A DNA stretch of 64,000 nt from the human T2T-CHM13v2.0 reference genome, Homo sapiens, in assembly GCF_009914755.1 (NCBI RefSeq), contig NC_060925.1; one strand, 5' to 3'. Shown piece after piece: positions 19,562 to 30,999 of the stretch. The notes below the pieces were generated by a model. It was not told the origin of the DNA. It was given only the letters and a program-made list of their open reading frames with translations, and made no database searches. A program made the position numbers and the translations under genes. The stretch's first letter is position 1; every line of letters starts with the position of its first letter.

Positions 19562-20071
19562 TCAGGCTACTGTGCCTCCTGCAGCAACCAGGCCAGGGGG
19601 AATCTGGATTCCTATTACACTTCTGAGGAAGGTGGTCAGGGAGTGTGGAGGATGTGGGTGGGAGGGGGTGAGGTTGAGGGCAGGAGTACACTGTGGTCTT
19701 CTGTCTTCTACCTCATTGGCCCAGGTGCTGCTCTCCCTCCGGTTGTCTGCTTTCAGCCCTGCCTGGGAAATCAGGCCGGCGCCCTGATCTTCCTGACTCT
19801 CATTCTGTGAGGAACCTGAACGGATGAGCCATCGCTCTTGTCCCACACGTTCTGTCCAAAAGGTGCCCTCCTCTCTGCTTGCTCGGGGGCCTGCCCTCTG
19901 AGCTCTGGCACTCAGGCTGGGATGCCGCCCAGTACAGAGGCTCTGCAGCCCTGCAGGGGTCTGACTGTTCCACACCAGCAGGATAAAGGCCACAGGGCAT
20001 GCTGTGGTGGAAAAGCATTCAGAGGTGTGGGCTGAAGGCCTCTCTTTCCACAGTCCCTTTGAAGACACCAT
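19562..20071 (-). CDS. FAM231: FAM231-family putative ORF (169 aa, single exon; coding status doubtful)
   Basis: ATG at 20071-20069 opens MVSSKGLWKERPSAHTSECFSTTACPVAFILLVWNSQ...GIQIPPGLVAAGGTVA*, which I recognise as the FAM231 family sequence. Paralog not resolvable; no known domain. Confidence 0.7.
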   Translation of the reverse strand: MVSSKGLWKERPSAHTSECFSTTACPVAFILLVWNSQTPAGLQSLCTGRHPSLSARAQRAGPRASREEGTFWTERVGQERWLIRSGSSQNESQEDQGAGLISQAGLKADNRRESSTWANEVEDRRPQCTPALNLTPSHPHPPHSLTTFLRSVIGIQIPPGLVAAGGTVA

Positions 20072-20619
20072 GGAAGTAGGCACCCCCTTGACAGACAAGG
20101 TGGCCCAAGGCTTGGCTTCACATGCAGGCTCTTGGGTCCCAGCGGGTCCTCTCTGTGCCTGGTATAGCCAACTGCTTCATGCATCTTACCCGGTTTCCTC
20201 TCCTCCACAACCCAAGCTCCTCCTCGACCCCCTTGCTCAGCTGTCCTCAGGACAGCAAGATCCCCAGCCCTTGGAAAAGCCCATCTCTAGTGCTTGGGGA
20301 GGGAGTTGGGTTCAGGTGGCCTAACCACAGAAGAACAGAGAACCTGAGGCAGGAGGAAATCCCTTCCCTTGCTGGGTCTCTTGGCACAGCCCATCCAGGG
20401 GTCTGGGTCAGGGTCCAGGTATACTCTACCCTCCTTGAGGACCTGGGTTTTCAGGCCCCCGAGGTTGGTCAATGTGGAGTCTTTCCCACTGTTCATCTGG
20501 GAACTGAAGGAATATCCCATGGGGCCCTCTCTTACTCATTAGAGACACCCAGAACATACTCCATCCAGCAGAAACTGGGTGCAGTGTACCAGACCACTAT
20601 AATTATAATTGCAGGGTGT

Positions 20620-21170
20620 GGAGGTCAGATACGTTTTGTGGGTATTTTCTCTCTTTCTGTGGCTTGCTTGCCTTTTCGCTTTCTTAGTGGTATCTTTTGA
20701 TGAGAAGGTGTGGCTAATGTTGATGAAGTCTCATTTATCATGTCTTTCTTATATATGTATTTTTTCTGTGTCCTGCTTGTTGGTAGGCTAATCTTTGCCT
20801 GCCAACAAGTCACAAAGTATCCTTGAAATGCTTTATATCTTTAACTTTTAAGTAATGCGGCTGAAATTACTTTTGTGTGTAGTGTGAGGGAGAATAACAT
20901 TGTTGGTCTCCCCACATCCATATAGAAGTTCATTAATTGAAATGACTTATTTTCTTTTATTGAACTGCTTTTATTGAAAACCCATTTATTGACCGTATAG
21001 CTGTGGATCAATTTCAGGTCTTCTAACTCAGGCTGTTTATCCGTTTGTCACTCCTGATGCCTTGTGTCTAATAGCTTATAGTAAACCTTAAAGTCAGATA
21101 GTACAAGTCCTTGTTCTTTTCCACACATTGCAATAAATTTTGAAATAGATAATAACTCATGAAACCATCA
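20620..21170 (-). mobile_element. Old L1M fragment
   Basis: GTATTTTCTCTCTTTCTGTGGCTTGCTTG...TAATGTTGATGAAGTC...ATAGTAAACCTTAAAGTCAGATAG. Confidence 0.65.
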
Positions 21171-21205
21171 CACACATCAGGATATGCTGTCACTTCATCC
21201 CTTTC

Positions 21206-21557
21206 TGACATGGTTTGGCCGTGCCCTCACCCAAATCTCAACTTGAATTGTATCTCCCAGAATTCCCATGTGTTGTGGGAGGGACTTAGGAGGAGGTAAT
21301 TGAATCATGGGGGCGGGTCTTTCCTGTGCTATTCTCCTGATATCGAGTAAGTCTCACTATCTGATGGGTTTCTCAGGGGGTTCTGCTTTGGCTTCTTCCT
21401 CATTTTCTCTTGCTGCTGCCTTGTAAGAAGTGCCTTTTGCCTCCCGCCATGATTCTGAGGCCTCCCCAGTCATATGGAAATGTAAGTCCAATTAAACCTC
21501 TTTTTGGTCCTGGACTCTGTTATGTATTTGTCAGCAGCATGAAAACGGACTAATACA
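21206..21557 (+). mobile_element. THE1-type (ERVL-MaLR) solo LTR
   Basis: TGACATGGTTTGG...CACCCAAATCTCA...GAAAACGGACTAATACA termini; near-match 5-bp TSD CTTTC/CTCTC. Confidence 0.9.
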
Positions 21558-21729
21558 CTCTCATTTCTGAGTGGGACACATGCTGTCACTCACATATGCT
21601 GGTTGCTGACTTGTGACGGAAGATTCTCTATTGTACCCTCTGGGGACAATACATCTCCAGTTGCCTGCAGGGAGGATGAACATGCAAAAAATCCACAACA
21701 CTCAGCAAAGAGTCTGGATTTAGTCCCAT

Positions 21730-21975
21730 TAGTCTGAATGGGACTAATGCCCTTATAAAAGGGACCCTGGGGAGCTCTCTCGCCCTCTTTCTGCCCCCTG
21801 AGGATACAATGAGAAGGTGGCAGTCTACAACCAGACCAAAGGTCCTCACTGTAACCCTACCACGTCGGCACCTTGATCTCGGACTTCCAACCTCCAGAAC
21901 TGTGAGAAATCAATTTCTGTTGTGAATCAGCCACCCAGTTTATGGTACATTGTTATAGAAGCCCGAACTAAGACA
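21730..21975 (+). mobile_element. MLT1-type (MaLR) LTR 3' fragment
   Basis: GCCCTTATAAAAGGGACC...GGACTTCCAACCTCCAGAACTGTGAGAAAT...CTAAGACA. Confidence 0.85.
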
Positions 21976-22289
21976 GAGATGAAGTCCCGTGCAGGGTCTC
22001 TAATTTGCTAAGCTGGTCATCAGGCGGGATATTGCCAGTCAGAAACAGGAAGAGCTGACATTTTGTGTATATGAAAGAAGATAGTGGACAGGCCCATTGT
22101 GTCGGCTTTGTCCGCCTTGGCAAACTGGAGACGTAAACTCGATTCACCATCGCCAGCCACGGGAGGACTGGGAGGACCTCCAGAGGAGGTTAGGTCGACT
22201 TCATGGTAACTTTAGATCCGGAAACCTCCCAGGATTTTTCTTGTCTTCCCTTTGATCTCTCTTCCACCTACCCAACAGGACAGGACTCG

Positions 22290-24880
22290 CCGCCTTTCTT
22301 TCCCGGCAGAAAGGGGTCCGTTGCGGACAAGACCAAAGTGAGCAGCTGGTTTCCCCTACTTGTCCTTCCGGGCCTGGGCGTCTCGGGAACTCAGGCTGAC
22401 CCGACACCTAACTCCTGGCGAGTGGGACCACCAGGAGCCTGGAAGAGCGCGCGCACCGAGATGGAAGTTGGGCGCCGGGGTCGAGAACCGCGGTCAAACC
22501 CTCTTCTTCCAGGGGCACCGCGCACCTGCCCCCGGGGATGCCGAAGGAAGTGACCCATAAAGCTTCTCTGCAACCGAAAGAGGCCTGAAGCTCCAGGAGG
22601 GCCGAGAGGAGCCTCGTTGAGCAAACCCAGCCCTCTGCCTGGCTGGCCCTGGTCAACAGGCTCGGAAGAGGCCGATTTGGAGGACAGAACGGAAGAAAAG
22701 ACCTAAAGGTTTCGAATCTCATGACGCAGAGATGTTAAAAATCTCCAATCCTAAGGTCCGACTGTGCGGGGGAGCGAGGGGGTCTCAAGCTGGATCGACC
22801 CCTGAGCCTTCATCTGGAGAGTCCTCTGCACAAGCTCAGACAGCAGGACAACGCGCATCAGTGGTTCTCAAGAGGGGGCAACTTCGCCCTTACACGCCTC
22901 TCCCATCCCCGCTGGGACACTAGGTCACGAATGGGGGAAGCGGGGAGGGAGAATGCTAACCCCCTGGCATGTATCTAGTCAGCGGAGGCGACGGCTGCTG
23001 CTAAACACCTTACAATCCACGGGAGGGCCCCTCCCCTACCCCGAAGTAGCTATTCCGCAGAGGTGGAGAGACTCGCGTGTAGCTCAATGCCCACGCACTT
23101 AGCCGATGGGAAATCACGAATTGATGACCAGTTGGCTCTTGGATGTGAGGAAAAATCTCCAGAGTCAGAGGGAACTCTCGAAGTTTTGCCCGGAGCAAAC
23201 GGAAGGGTGGCGTTGCCATCGCCTAAGATGGGAAAATGGCAGGTGTCACAGGTTGCAGGGGAAGGTCGGAGACCAGCTGAGGGCCCCGGAGCCTTCCTGG
23301 AAAGAGTTTCCCATCCAGCCCGCCTCGGTTTCCGCATCCGTCTTATTCCTTATGACGTTGAGGGTGCTGGCGTCTGGGTCCTTTATGATGCAGAGGGTGC
23401 CCCCGTCTCACCCCGGGCGCCTCCGCGCTCCCGCCTCCTCCTGGCAACCTGGTGCGCGGCTCCGGATCTGGCGACCCACGACCGGCTGGTCACTTGCTGC
23501 CACCTCGCAAAGGCGCATCTCTAGTCCAGTGGTGAGCTGCGGCCGGGTCGCTGTAACTCGCTCCAGGACTCGGGACTCGTGGCCTTGGTGTCCCTCGCGG
23601 AGCCCTCGGTGTGTCGCCTGCAGGCTCTTTTTTTGAAGAAAGCAGGGAGGGAATGGCCTTGTGAGAGACTCCAGGAGCAAAGAGCGACCCTCACAAGGCC
23701 CAAGTCCTCCCAGAGCTCAGGGAAGCTGTGGCTTCTGACGGAAGAAGGGAGAGAAAGCTCCCTCCTGTGTGTCCCTGGTGGTCTAGTGGCTAGGATTCGG
23801 CGCTTTCACCGCTGCGGCCCGGGTTCGATTCCCGGTCAGGGAATCGTTTTACACTGGCCGCCCTCCCGCAGGAATCTTCCTTCACTACGCTGTCAGCCGG
23901 CCTGCTCCAAGAGCCAGAAGCAGAACAGTCTCCTCAGCGGGGTCAAAGACGGGCGAAGGAGGGCAAGTGCTTGTGGACCACCTCTCACGACACACCGTTC
24001 CTATTTATCTCCGTGTCCGTCATCCGCGGGAGCAGCTTTAGAGAGCGACTGAGCATCTCGGTCCGGTGTACACAGCCCGGCAGAGATGCCAGCCCCCGTG
24101 GAGCTGCACCCAATAAGCCCACCTTCTTTCCCGTCGCCACCCCGGAGACGCCCATCGGGCTGAGCTGCGAATAACTAAGAGAGAGGCCAAGCCAAGTCGT
24201 GGCGTTTGTGGCAGCCCCGGACACGGGCACCAGCCAGTCAGCGGAGCCTCCTCACCTCCGTTGCCAGCGAAGGCGCTCGTTAGGCCTTGGGAAGAGGCGA
24301 CCGGAGGCGATGCCCGCGAATTTGTTAGGGGGGTAAGTAGCGGGTGAGGTCCTCGACGGCGGTCCCGTTTGCTGATTGAGCGGTAGAGGGAGGCGATGTT
24401 CGCTGACCCAACAAGGACAGCAGGTGGAGTAGGCACAGATGGAAAACTGCTGCCGGTGCCCTAAGCAGAAGGCAGGTGGAAAAATCAGCACTAGGACGTC
24501 GAAGCGATGGTACCACAGTCAAATCCCACGACGTCTACACTCTACCAAGCACTTGCGCACGCTCCCCCTTTTCCATTCAGTACTCCCAAGAGGGGTTCGG
24601 AAGAACCCCGAGTCCACTGTAAGCTCAGGGGAGAGCGGGAGCCAGGGAGGTGAAGTGCGCAGACTCGGCAGAGGCGGCGGGCAGAACCGCTGGGGGGTGA
24701 GAGGGCGCGGTGGCTGCGGGGCGGGAGCCGCTGCTGAGAGGCGGCCTGGGTTGTCTTGTGGGGTGACTGTCGGTGGAATCTTTGGTGGAGAGTGGTTTGG
24801 AAGAATGGCGAGGGGCGGCAGTGGGGAGGGTGGTGACCCTGAGCGACCCGCCAGGGCGAGGAGGCTGTGCTGTCCCTGCA
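22290..24880. promoter_or_regulatory. Large CpG island surrounding tRNA-Glu and upstream of the degenerate U1
   Basis: Sustained high CpG density over ~2.6 kb. Confidence 0.7.
23772..23843 (+). tRNA. tRNA-Glu(TTC)
   Basis: TCCCTGGTGGTCTAGTGGCTAGGATTCGGCGCTTTCACCGCTGCGGCCCGGGTTCGATTCCCGGTCAGGGAA. Intact A and B boxes, anticodon TTC at 23805-23807, T4 at 23847-23850. One G-T wobble in the anticodon stem. Confidence 0.96.
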
Positions 24881-24897
24881 GGCCATGTGCTCATTTC

Positions 24898-25046
24898 CAC
24901 TTTACCTGGCAGGGGAGAGACCGTGGTCACGAAGGGGGTTCTCCCAGAGTGAAGCTTCTTCATCGCACTCTAGAGTTGCTGATTCCTGTGATTTCCTCCA
25001 TGTGGGAAACGGTGTTTGTGCTAGAAGAGGCTGCGCTCTTTACCTG
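24898..25046 (+). pseudogene. Degenerate U1 snRNA copy (variant or pseudogene)
   Basis: TTACCTGGCAGGGGAGAGACCGTGGTCACGAAGGGGGTTCTCCCAG...ATGTGGGAAAC is colinear with the U1 at 33454. The 5' end is altered (CACT for ATAC), the Sm site is changed, and there are 3' deletions. PSE-like GTGACCCTGAG at 24833. Confidence 0.92.
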
Positions 25047-25533
25047 ACATAAGGGGGTTCAAGACTGACATCGCCTCACGCCTACCCGAAAACGTTTACA
25101 TGGCTTGTCTCTTTTTTTTTCTGTCCTAAAGTCGCCTCATCTTCACATCCCCTCATTTTTTCTTCCACACTCGAGAGTGTCTCTCTCTCTCATTAAAAGC
25201 TCCACCAAATATTTGAAATATCTCAACCAGAAAGACTGCAATAAATACATTATTTCATTCGTGGAAGCTACAGACCAGCTAGGTTGAGAGTTGCTTGATA
25301 TTTTCTGCTAAACGGTGAGGCATAGAGCACTTGGAAGGTTTCTCTTTGGGCCACTGTTTGTGTACTCTTGGGTTTCCTTCTTTTCCCCAGACAGTATGGC
25401 GCTGTGGGGCCAGCGGTAAACCCTGCTTTCCGGCTTTCTGGCTGCAGATAAAGGCCGCAGCTGCTGCAGGAATCAAAAGCAAACCAAAAGACACGTGGGT
25501 TCGCCCCAGTGGGTCCAAGATAGAGTCTGACTG

Positions 25534-25605
25534 TACCAGGATTCGGATTAGAACAGAGGTTGCTGCAGGCACAATGCAGACTACTAACCACTAGAGAATC
25601 CCAAG
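25534..25605 (-). pseudogene. tRNA-His(GTG) pseudogene, minus strand
   Basis: Reverse complement CTTGGGATTCTCTAGTGGTTAGTAGTCTGCATTGTGCCTGCAGCAACCTCTGTTCTAATCCGAATCCTGGTA (72 nt). Anticodon GTG at 25572-25570; acceptor stem and B-box are damaged. Confidence 0.85.
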
Positions 25606-25648
25606 GCGCCCCACACCTACTGCCCATCGTTTTGCTTCCCCACCCCTC

Positions 25649-25960
25649 TATTATTTATTTATATATATTTTTTGAGAGACAGAATTTCGCATTGTTGCCC
25701 AGGCTGGAGGTCAGTGGCACGATCTCGGCTCACTGCTACCTCCGCCTCTTAGGTTCAAGCGATTCTCCTGTCTCAGCCTCCTGAGTAGCTGAGACTACAA
25801 GCGTGCGCCACCACGCCCAGCTAATTTTTGTATTTGTAGTAGAGACGGGCTTTCACCATGTTGGCCCCGCTGGTCTCGAACTCCTGACTTCAAGTGAGTG
25901 ATCCAGCCACCTCGGCCTCCCAAGTGCTGGGATTACAGGCGTGAGCCACTGCCCCTGGTC
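25649..25960 (-). mobile_element. AluS-like element
   Basis: Reverse-strand Alu consensus with AT-rich tail. Confidence 0.93.
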
Positions 25961-26649
25961 CCCCGATTTTATTTTTATTAATGTAAAAACATTATGCGAT
26001 TTTTACTTCTTTATTCTTGGGCAGCTACAGGTTCTTGTGATTTTCTCTCACATCTTCTCCCCATTTCCCCCTCTCCATTCTGATACATGTCCCATCTTCT
26101 CTGCATCCAGCCGGTGCCCTCTGCACGGGCATCCTGGGCTGTCCCATTGTCTAGTCCTGGTCTCCCCTGCTTCTCCCTCCTCCTTTTCACGTTTTCCCTT
26201 TTGACTCCCCTGCCTCTTTCCCGCTCCCGCCCCACCGACCCCATCTACTGAAGCCGAGTTGAGTGAAGGGAGAGCAAGCGGAGCAGATGACTGCATGAAG
26301 GCGGCGCAAAAGAACAGAAAGAGCTACCGTGAGAGCCGTCGGGGAGTTCAGCTTCCCTTGGGCCCCACTTGGCTCAGGCTGGGGTCGCAGATCCAGGCAT
26401 TTCCAGAGGCACTGGCTTCTGAAGCAGGCGAGGGTGAACGCAGGGTGAAGGCCATTCGGCCGCCCTTCTGGCTTCAGAGTCACGCAATGCACGCGTTTCT
26501 AACGTGCAGCAAGACGATTAGTCGACTCAGCCTCTCCGGTTTTCCGAAGCTTTGTAGTCTGCACAGTTGTCCCGCAGAAAGCGAATGGCAACCCCTAGGG
26601 TTTTGTGATTGCTTAATGTATATAGAGATGAAAATAGACAATTGACGTT

Positions 26650-26723
26650 GTCTCTGTGGCGCAGTCGGTTAGCGCGTTCGGCTGTTAACCGGAAGGTTGG
26701 TGGTTCGAGACCACCCAAGGACG
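26650..26723 (+). tRNA. tRNA-Asn(GTT) variant
   Basis: GTCTCTGTGGCGCAGTCGGTTAGCGCGTTCGGCTGTTAACCGGAAGGTTGGTGGTTCGAGACCACCCAAGGACG (74 nt). Anticodon GTT at 26684-26686, T4 at 26727-26730, C-A mismatch in the acceptor stem. Confidence 0.93.
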
Positions 26724-26746
26724 TGATTTTAAATGTTGGTGGTTGT

Positions 26747-27982
26747 GGCCGGGTGCAGTGCCTCACGCCTATTAATCCCAACACTTTGATAGGCCGACGT
26801 AGGGGAAGCCTCCACTGAGCTCAGAAGTTCAAGACCAGTGAGAATCCCATCTCATTTAAAAAAAAAAAAATTGCAGCTGTATCTATCTCCTCAGACCTAT
26901 CACTGTATTTAAAAGTGAAAGACTGTTCCCTTGTGTCTTGTGCATCCCATGAGGACAGACAGCAGAAGGTCCCCCTTCGAGCCTCCTAGAAAATAAGATC
27001 TCTGCAGCACAAACTAGCTTGTATGTATGGGAAACAAAGTATTTGAAGACACAAACTTCAAAAATTCTGCCCTGCTTTCCACAAAAATTAACCCATCACA
27101 GTCTGCCTTCAAGTGGCATCATACCTCTTCACATGACTCCTCTCCCTGCCTTTATGCTAGTGTCATGCATTTTACTTTACACCTGTTATAAACCTTACAA
27201 TCCATCTCTATTACTTTTGTTTCAAGAGTCAGATGTGTTTTTGTTTGTTTGTTTTTGGGTTTTTTTGTTGTTGGTGGTGGTGTTTTTAAGACGAGTCTTA
27301 CTCTATCGGACAGGCTGGAGTGCAGTGGCACAGTCTTGGCTTACGGCAACCTCTGCTTTCTGGATTCGAGTCATTCTTCTGACTCAGACTCCTGAGTAGC
27401 AGAGATTACAAGCTTGGGCCACCACATCTGACTAATTTTTGAATTTTTCGTAGAGAGGAAGGTTCACCATATTGGCCAGGCTGGTCTCGAACTCCTGACC
27501 TCAAGTGATCCGCCTTCCTCGGCCTCCCAAAGTGCCGGGATTCCAGGCGTGAGCCATCGTGCCCGGCTAAACAGTCAGATGTTAAAATTACATATTTGCC
27601 TTTGTAGATGTCATTTCTAGTGTCTTTTTTTTTTCATCCAGATTTTCATCCCGTGTCAGTTTCCTTCTGCCTGGAGGACTCCTTTAACTTGTCTATTAGG
27701 TGTCTTAAACTTGCACTATCATTCACTGATGCTCTGTTCATTAAAGAAAAAAAAAATTGTTGGCCGGGTGCGGTGGCTCACGTCTGTAATCCCAGCAATT
27801 TGGGAGGCCGAGGCGGGTGGATCAGGAGGTCAGGAGATCCAGACCATCCTGGCTAACACAGTGAAACCCCGTCTCTACTAAGAATACAAAAAATTAGCTG
27901 GCTGTGGTGGTGGGCGCCTGTAGTCCCAGCTACTCAGGAGGCTGAGGTGGGAGCATGGTGTGAACCCAGGAGTCGGAGCTTG
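26747..27982. mobile_element. Alu group: monomer/FLAM (~26747-26870, +), Alu (~27236-27568, -), 3'-truncated Alu (~27762-27982, +)
   Basis: Alu consensus motifs in each segment. Confidence 0.85.
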
Positions 27983-27983
27983 G

Positions 27984-29930
27984 AACCTGTCAAAAGGCAT
28001 TCTTAGCCTTAAAAGAAAAGCCAGGGACATCCCTTGCCTCAGGACTCTCGGACTTAGAAAAACCTTTCACCCTCTATGTGGATGAATAACAAGGGACAGC
28101 TTTGGATTTTCTAACTCAAAGACTGAGGAATTACTTTGGACCAGTGGCTTATTTCTCTAAACAGCTAGACCAGGTGGCAGCTGGGTGACCAGGAAGCTTG
28201 AGATCTGTGGCTACCATCACTCTATTGTTAGAAAAAACCACTAAGTTTACCTTGGGACAACAATTAGATGCCATACCACCCCACCCCCACCCCCTGCCAC
28301 CCCATGAAGTACAGTACAGAGGGTCCTAGAGGCAAAAGTACACCAATGGCTAACAGAGGGCCAGTTACTTAAATATCAGACCCTTCTGCTTGACACCCGA
28401 GATGTTACCCTGAAAATATGCTGATTTTTAAACCCTGCTACTCTGTTGCTGCACCTCACGTCTCAAGAAAGAGCTCCCAAACTCATTGACTCCTGTGTGG
28501 AAACCACGGAAGAGCTCTACTCTAGAAGGCCCAACCTTGAAGACAAGCTCTTGTCTAACCCAAATGTTGAGTGCTTTAGAGATGGAAATAGCTATATTCA
28601 TGAGGGAGTAAGAAAGGAAGCTTAGCCAACAAGAAATCATTGAGGCCAAGGGTTTACCTTCTCAGACTTCTGCTCAAAAAGCAGAATTAGCTGCTCTAAT
28701 TAGGGCCTTCCAACCATGAAAAGACTTAAGCTGGGCACGGTGGCTCACCCCTGTAATCCCAGCACTTTGGGAGGCCAAGGTGGGTGGATCACCTGAGGTT
28801 GGGAGTTCGAGACCGGCCTAGCCAACATGGCGAAACCCCGTCTCTACTAAAAATACAAAAATTAGCCAGGTGTGGTGGGGGGTGCCTGTAATCCCAGCTA
28901 CTTGGGAGGCTGGGACATGAGAATCCCCGAGTTTGCAGTGAGCTGAGATCATGCCACTGCACTCCAGCCTGGGCGACACAGCAAGACTCCGTTTCAAAAA
29001 AAGAAGAAGAAAACCAAAACCCTCAAGAGTCAATGTGTTGACTGACTCTAAATGTGGGTTCCTGGTGCTCCATGCTCATGCAGCCATAGGGAAGGAAAGG
29101 GAACTATCAAAAGCCAAGGGATGCCCCATACAACTTTACTCAGATCTTGGAACTTTTAGATGCTGTCCAACTCCCAAAGAAATAACAATTACTCACTGCA
29201 GGGGACACCAGAAGGGAGACACTTTTATTATTAGAGGAAATTCCCTGGTGGAAAGAGCAGCTAAGGCCACAACTAAGGAAACCCTGGTATTTCAAGCTGC
29301 TGCGCTACTACCAGGTACTGCATCCGTGTCAGTGACACCATACTATACCCCTAAGGAAATTAAAGGGACTGAGTAAAAGGCTTCCAGGGAGACCCTCTGG
29401 ATGGTTGGTAGAAAAGAACAAACTCTATTCCTGAGGCTGACAGATGGGAAATAATTAAACATTTTCATGATTCCTCACATTTGGGACGGGATTTTCCATT
29501 CAAATTAGTTTCCTAAATATTCTTCGGGAAGGGACTGTTCTAAACTATAAAAAGGGTTACCACTCAGGAAGCCACCCCATACCCCGATCCCTGCTTAAAC
29601 CTGTACAACACCAAGGAACATACCATGGTGAAGACTGGCAGACAGACTTAACCCAGATGCCACCTTACAGGGAACTACAAGATTTGCTAGTATTTATAGG
29701 CACTTTCAACAGGTGGATAGAAGCTTTCCCCACAAGGACAGGAAAAGTACTGGAAGTGTCTAAATTCTTAAAGAAATCATTCCAAGATTTGGATTACCAA
29801 AAGGTTTGCAAGGTGACAACTGACCTCACTTCACAGCTAAGGTGACCCAGTGAGGTCATGCCTCAGCCTTAGGCATTACCTATCTTCATTCCTCATGGAG
29901 ATCTCAGTCTTCAAATAACATGGAAAGCCA
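27984..29930 (+). mobile_element. Degenerate ERV1 (gammaretrovirus-like) pol fragment: RT connection, RNase H and integrase; interrupted by an Alu at ~28729-29010
   Basis: PVAYFSKQLDQVAAG* at 28141, RNase H motifs VLTDSK..F...HAH and HCRGHQKG..IIRGN..VERAAK, and integrase-like GEDWQ.D / LLVFIGTFNRWIEAFPTR. Multiple stops and frameshifts. Confidence 0.9.
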
Positions 29931-30845
29931 ATCGTGACATTAGCAAAAGTCTTTCAGTTTGGGGGCTTGCCTGCCCTGCTTCACTATCATTGTTTCCTTG
30001 GGTTTCCCAGGAATGTACACGTGTGAGACTGCCGGCCTGCTTATAGATCCGTTTCCCTGCAAGGAAACAGGAATATGTTGCCTGTGGCTTCCAGAGTTGG
30101 AGATACATGTAGTTGCACCACTGAGGGCTAACATTTAATTTTGGAATCAAGTGATGCATTCAGACTGGTTGCTATCATTCTGTGGTATATATTTAGTGAA
30201 CACATTCATGATTGAGTTTCCTGCTTTTAGCTGGAGCAAGAAAGTTTTATAATTGTGATTTGTATGAAAAAATCATAGGCAAGGGAATGGATGTAAAATA
30301 AACTTTATTGTCAGAGGTTTCTAAAGGCTCATCCTTCAAGGAAAATGGACATATGCTGAAGAGCTGATAAACTGTCTACAGCAGTGTTATTCTAACCTAA
30401 TCTTGATTCCAAGTTCTTGCCATTTTCCTCCAGCTGCTGTTGACTCCAGTTATATATAGGATGGGGGAAAGGGGATTATCTATGAATGTAGGCATCACTT
30501 TCTCTTGGGCAGTTATCACATTGGCAGACTGAAGGGATGTGATTTCTACAATCAAACTATCCATTTGGAGTACAAATCTGGAGTGGCTGTAAAATTCGGT
30601 TCTCAGAGATGAACTTGCAGATTCGGACTTTCAATTGTTCTGTTGTTTTAGTTTTTCTCATCAACTGGGGAACTGTTTGTGACTAAGCTTTGTTAAAAGT
30701 AGAGAAGAGCTTTTCATAGTTCCAACATTAGTTGTTACCTGAAACAAACAAAAACACACACAGAGACAATTAAACAGTAATCTTTGGTGAGGTCTTGCTG
30801 ATACCTGAGGCTGGAGTGAGAGCTGAGTGGTGATACAGCTCATGT

Positions 30846-30998
30846 GAGTGATCCAGATTGCGCACTCCTTATGAGACTGTAACTGATGCCTGATGACCTG
30901 AGGTGGAACAGTTTCATCTGGAAAACATCCACCACCCCCTTCCATGGAAAAATTGTCTTCCATGAAACCAGTCCCTGGTGACAAAAAGGTTGAGGACA
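30846..30998 (+). mobile_element. MER1-type hAT-Charlie DNA transposon fragment
   Basis: ACTCCTTATGAGA...TGATGCCTGATGACCTGAGGTGGAACAGTTTCATC...GAAACCAGTCCCTGGTG.CAAAAAGGTTG.GGAC. Confidence 0.8.
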
Positions 30999-30999
30999 G

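Noticed and set aside
22700-23110. B-box-like GGTTTCGAATCTC (~22709) and A-box-like GTAGCTCAATG (~23079) as extra tRNA relics
   Set aside because: Neither forms a cloverleaf or has a partner box at the correct spacing.
28951-29845. Possible domesticated ERV RNase H/integrase gene
   Set aside because: Multiple stops and frameshifts, an Alu insertion, damaged catalytic motifs, and an ORF start that lies inside the Alu.
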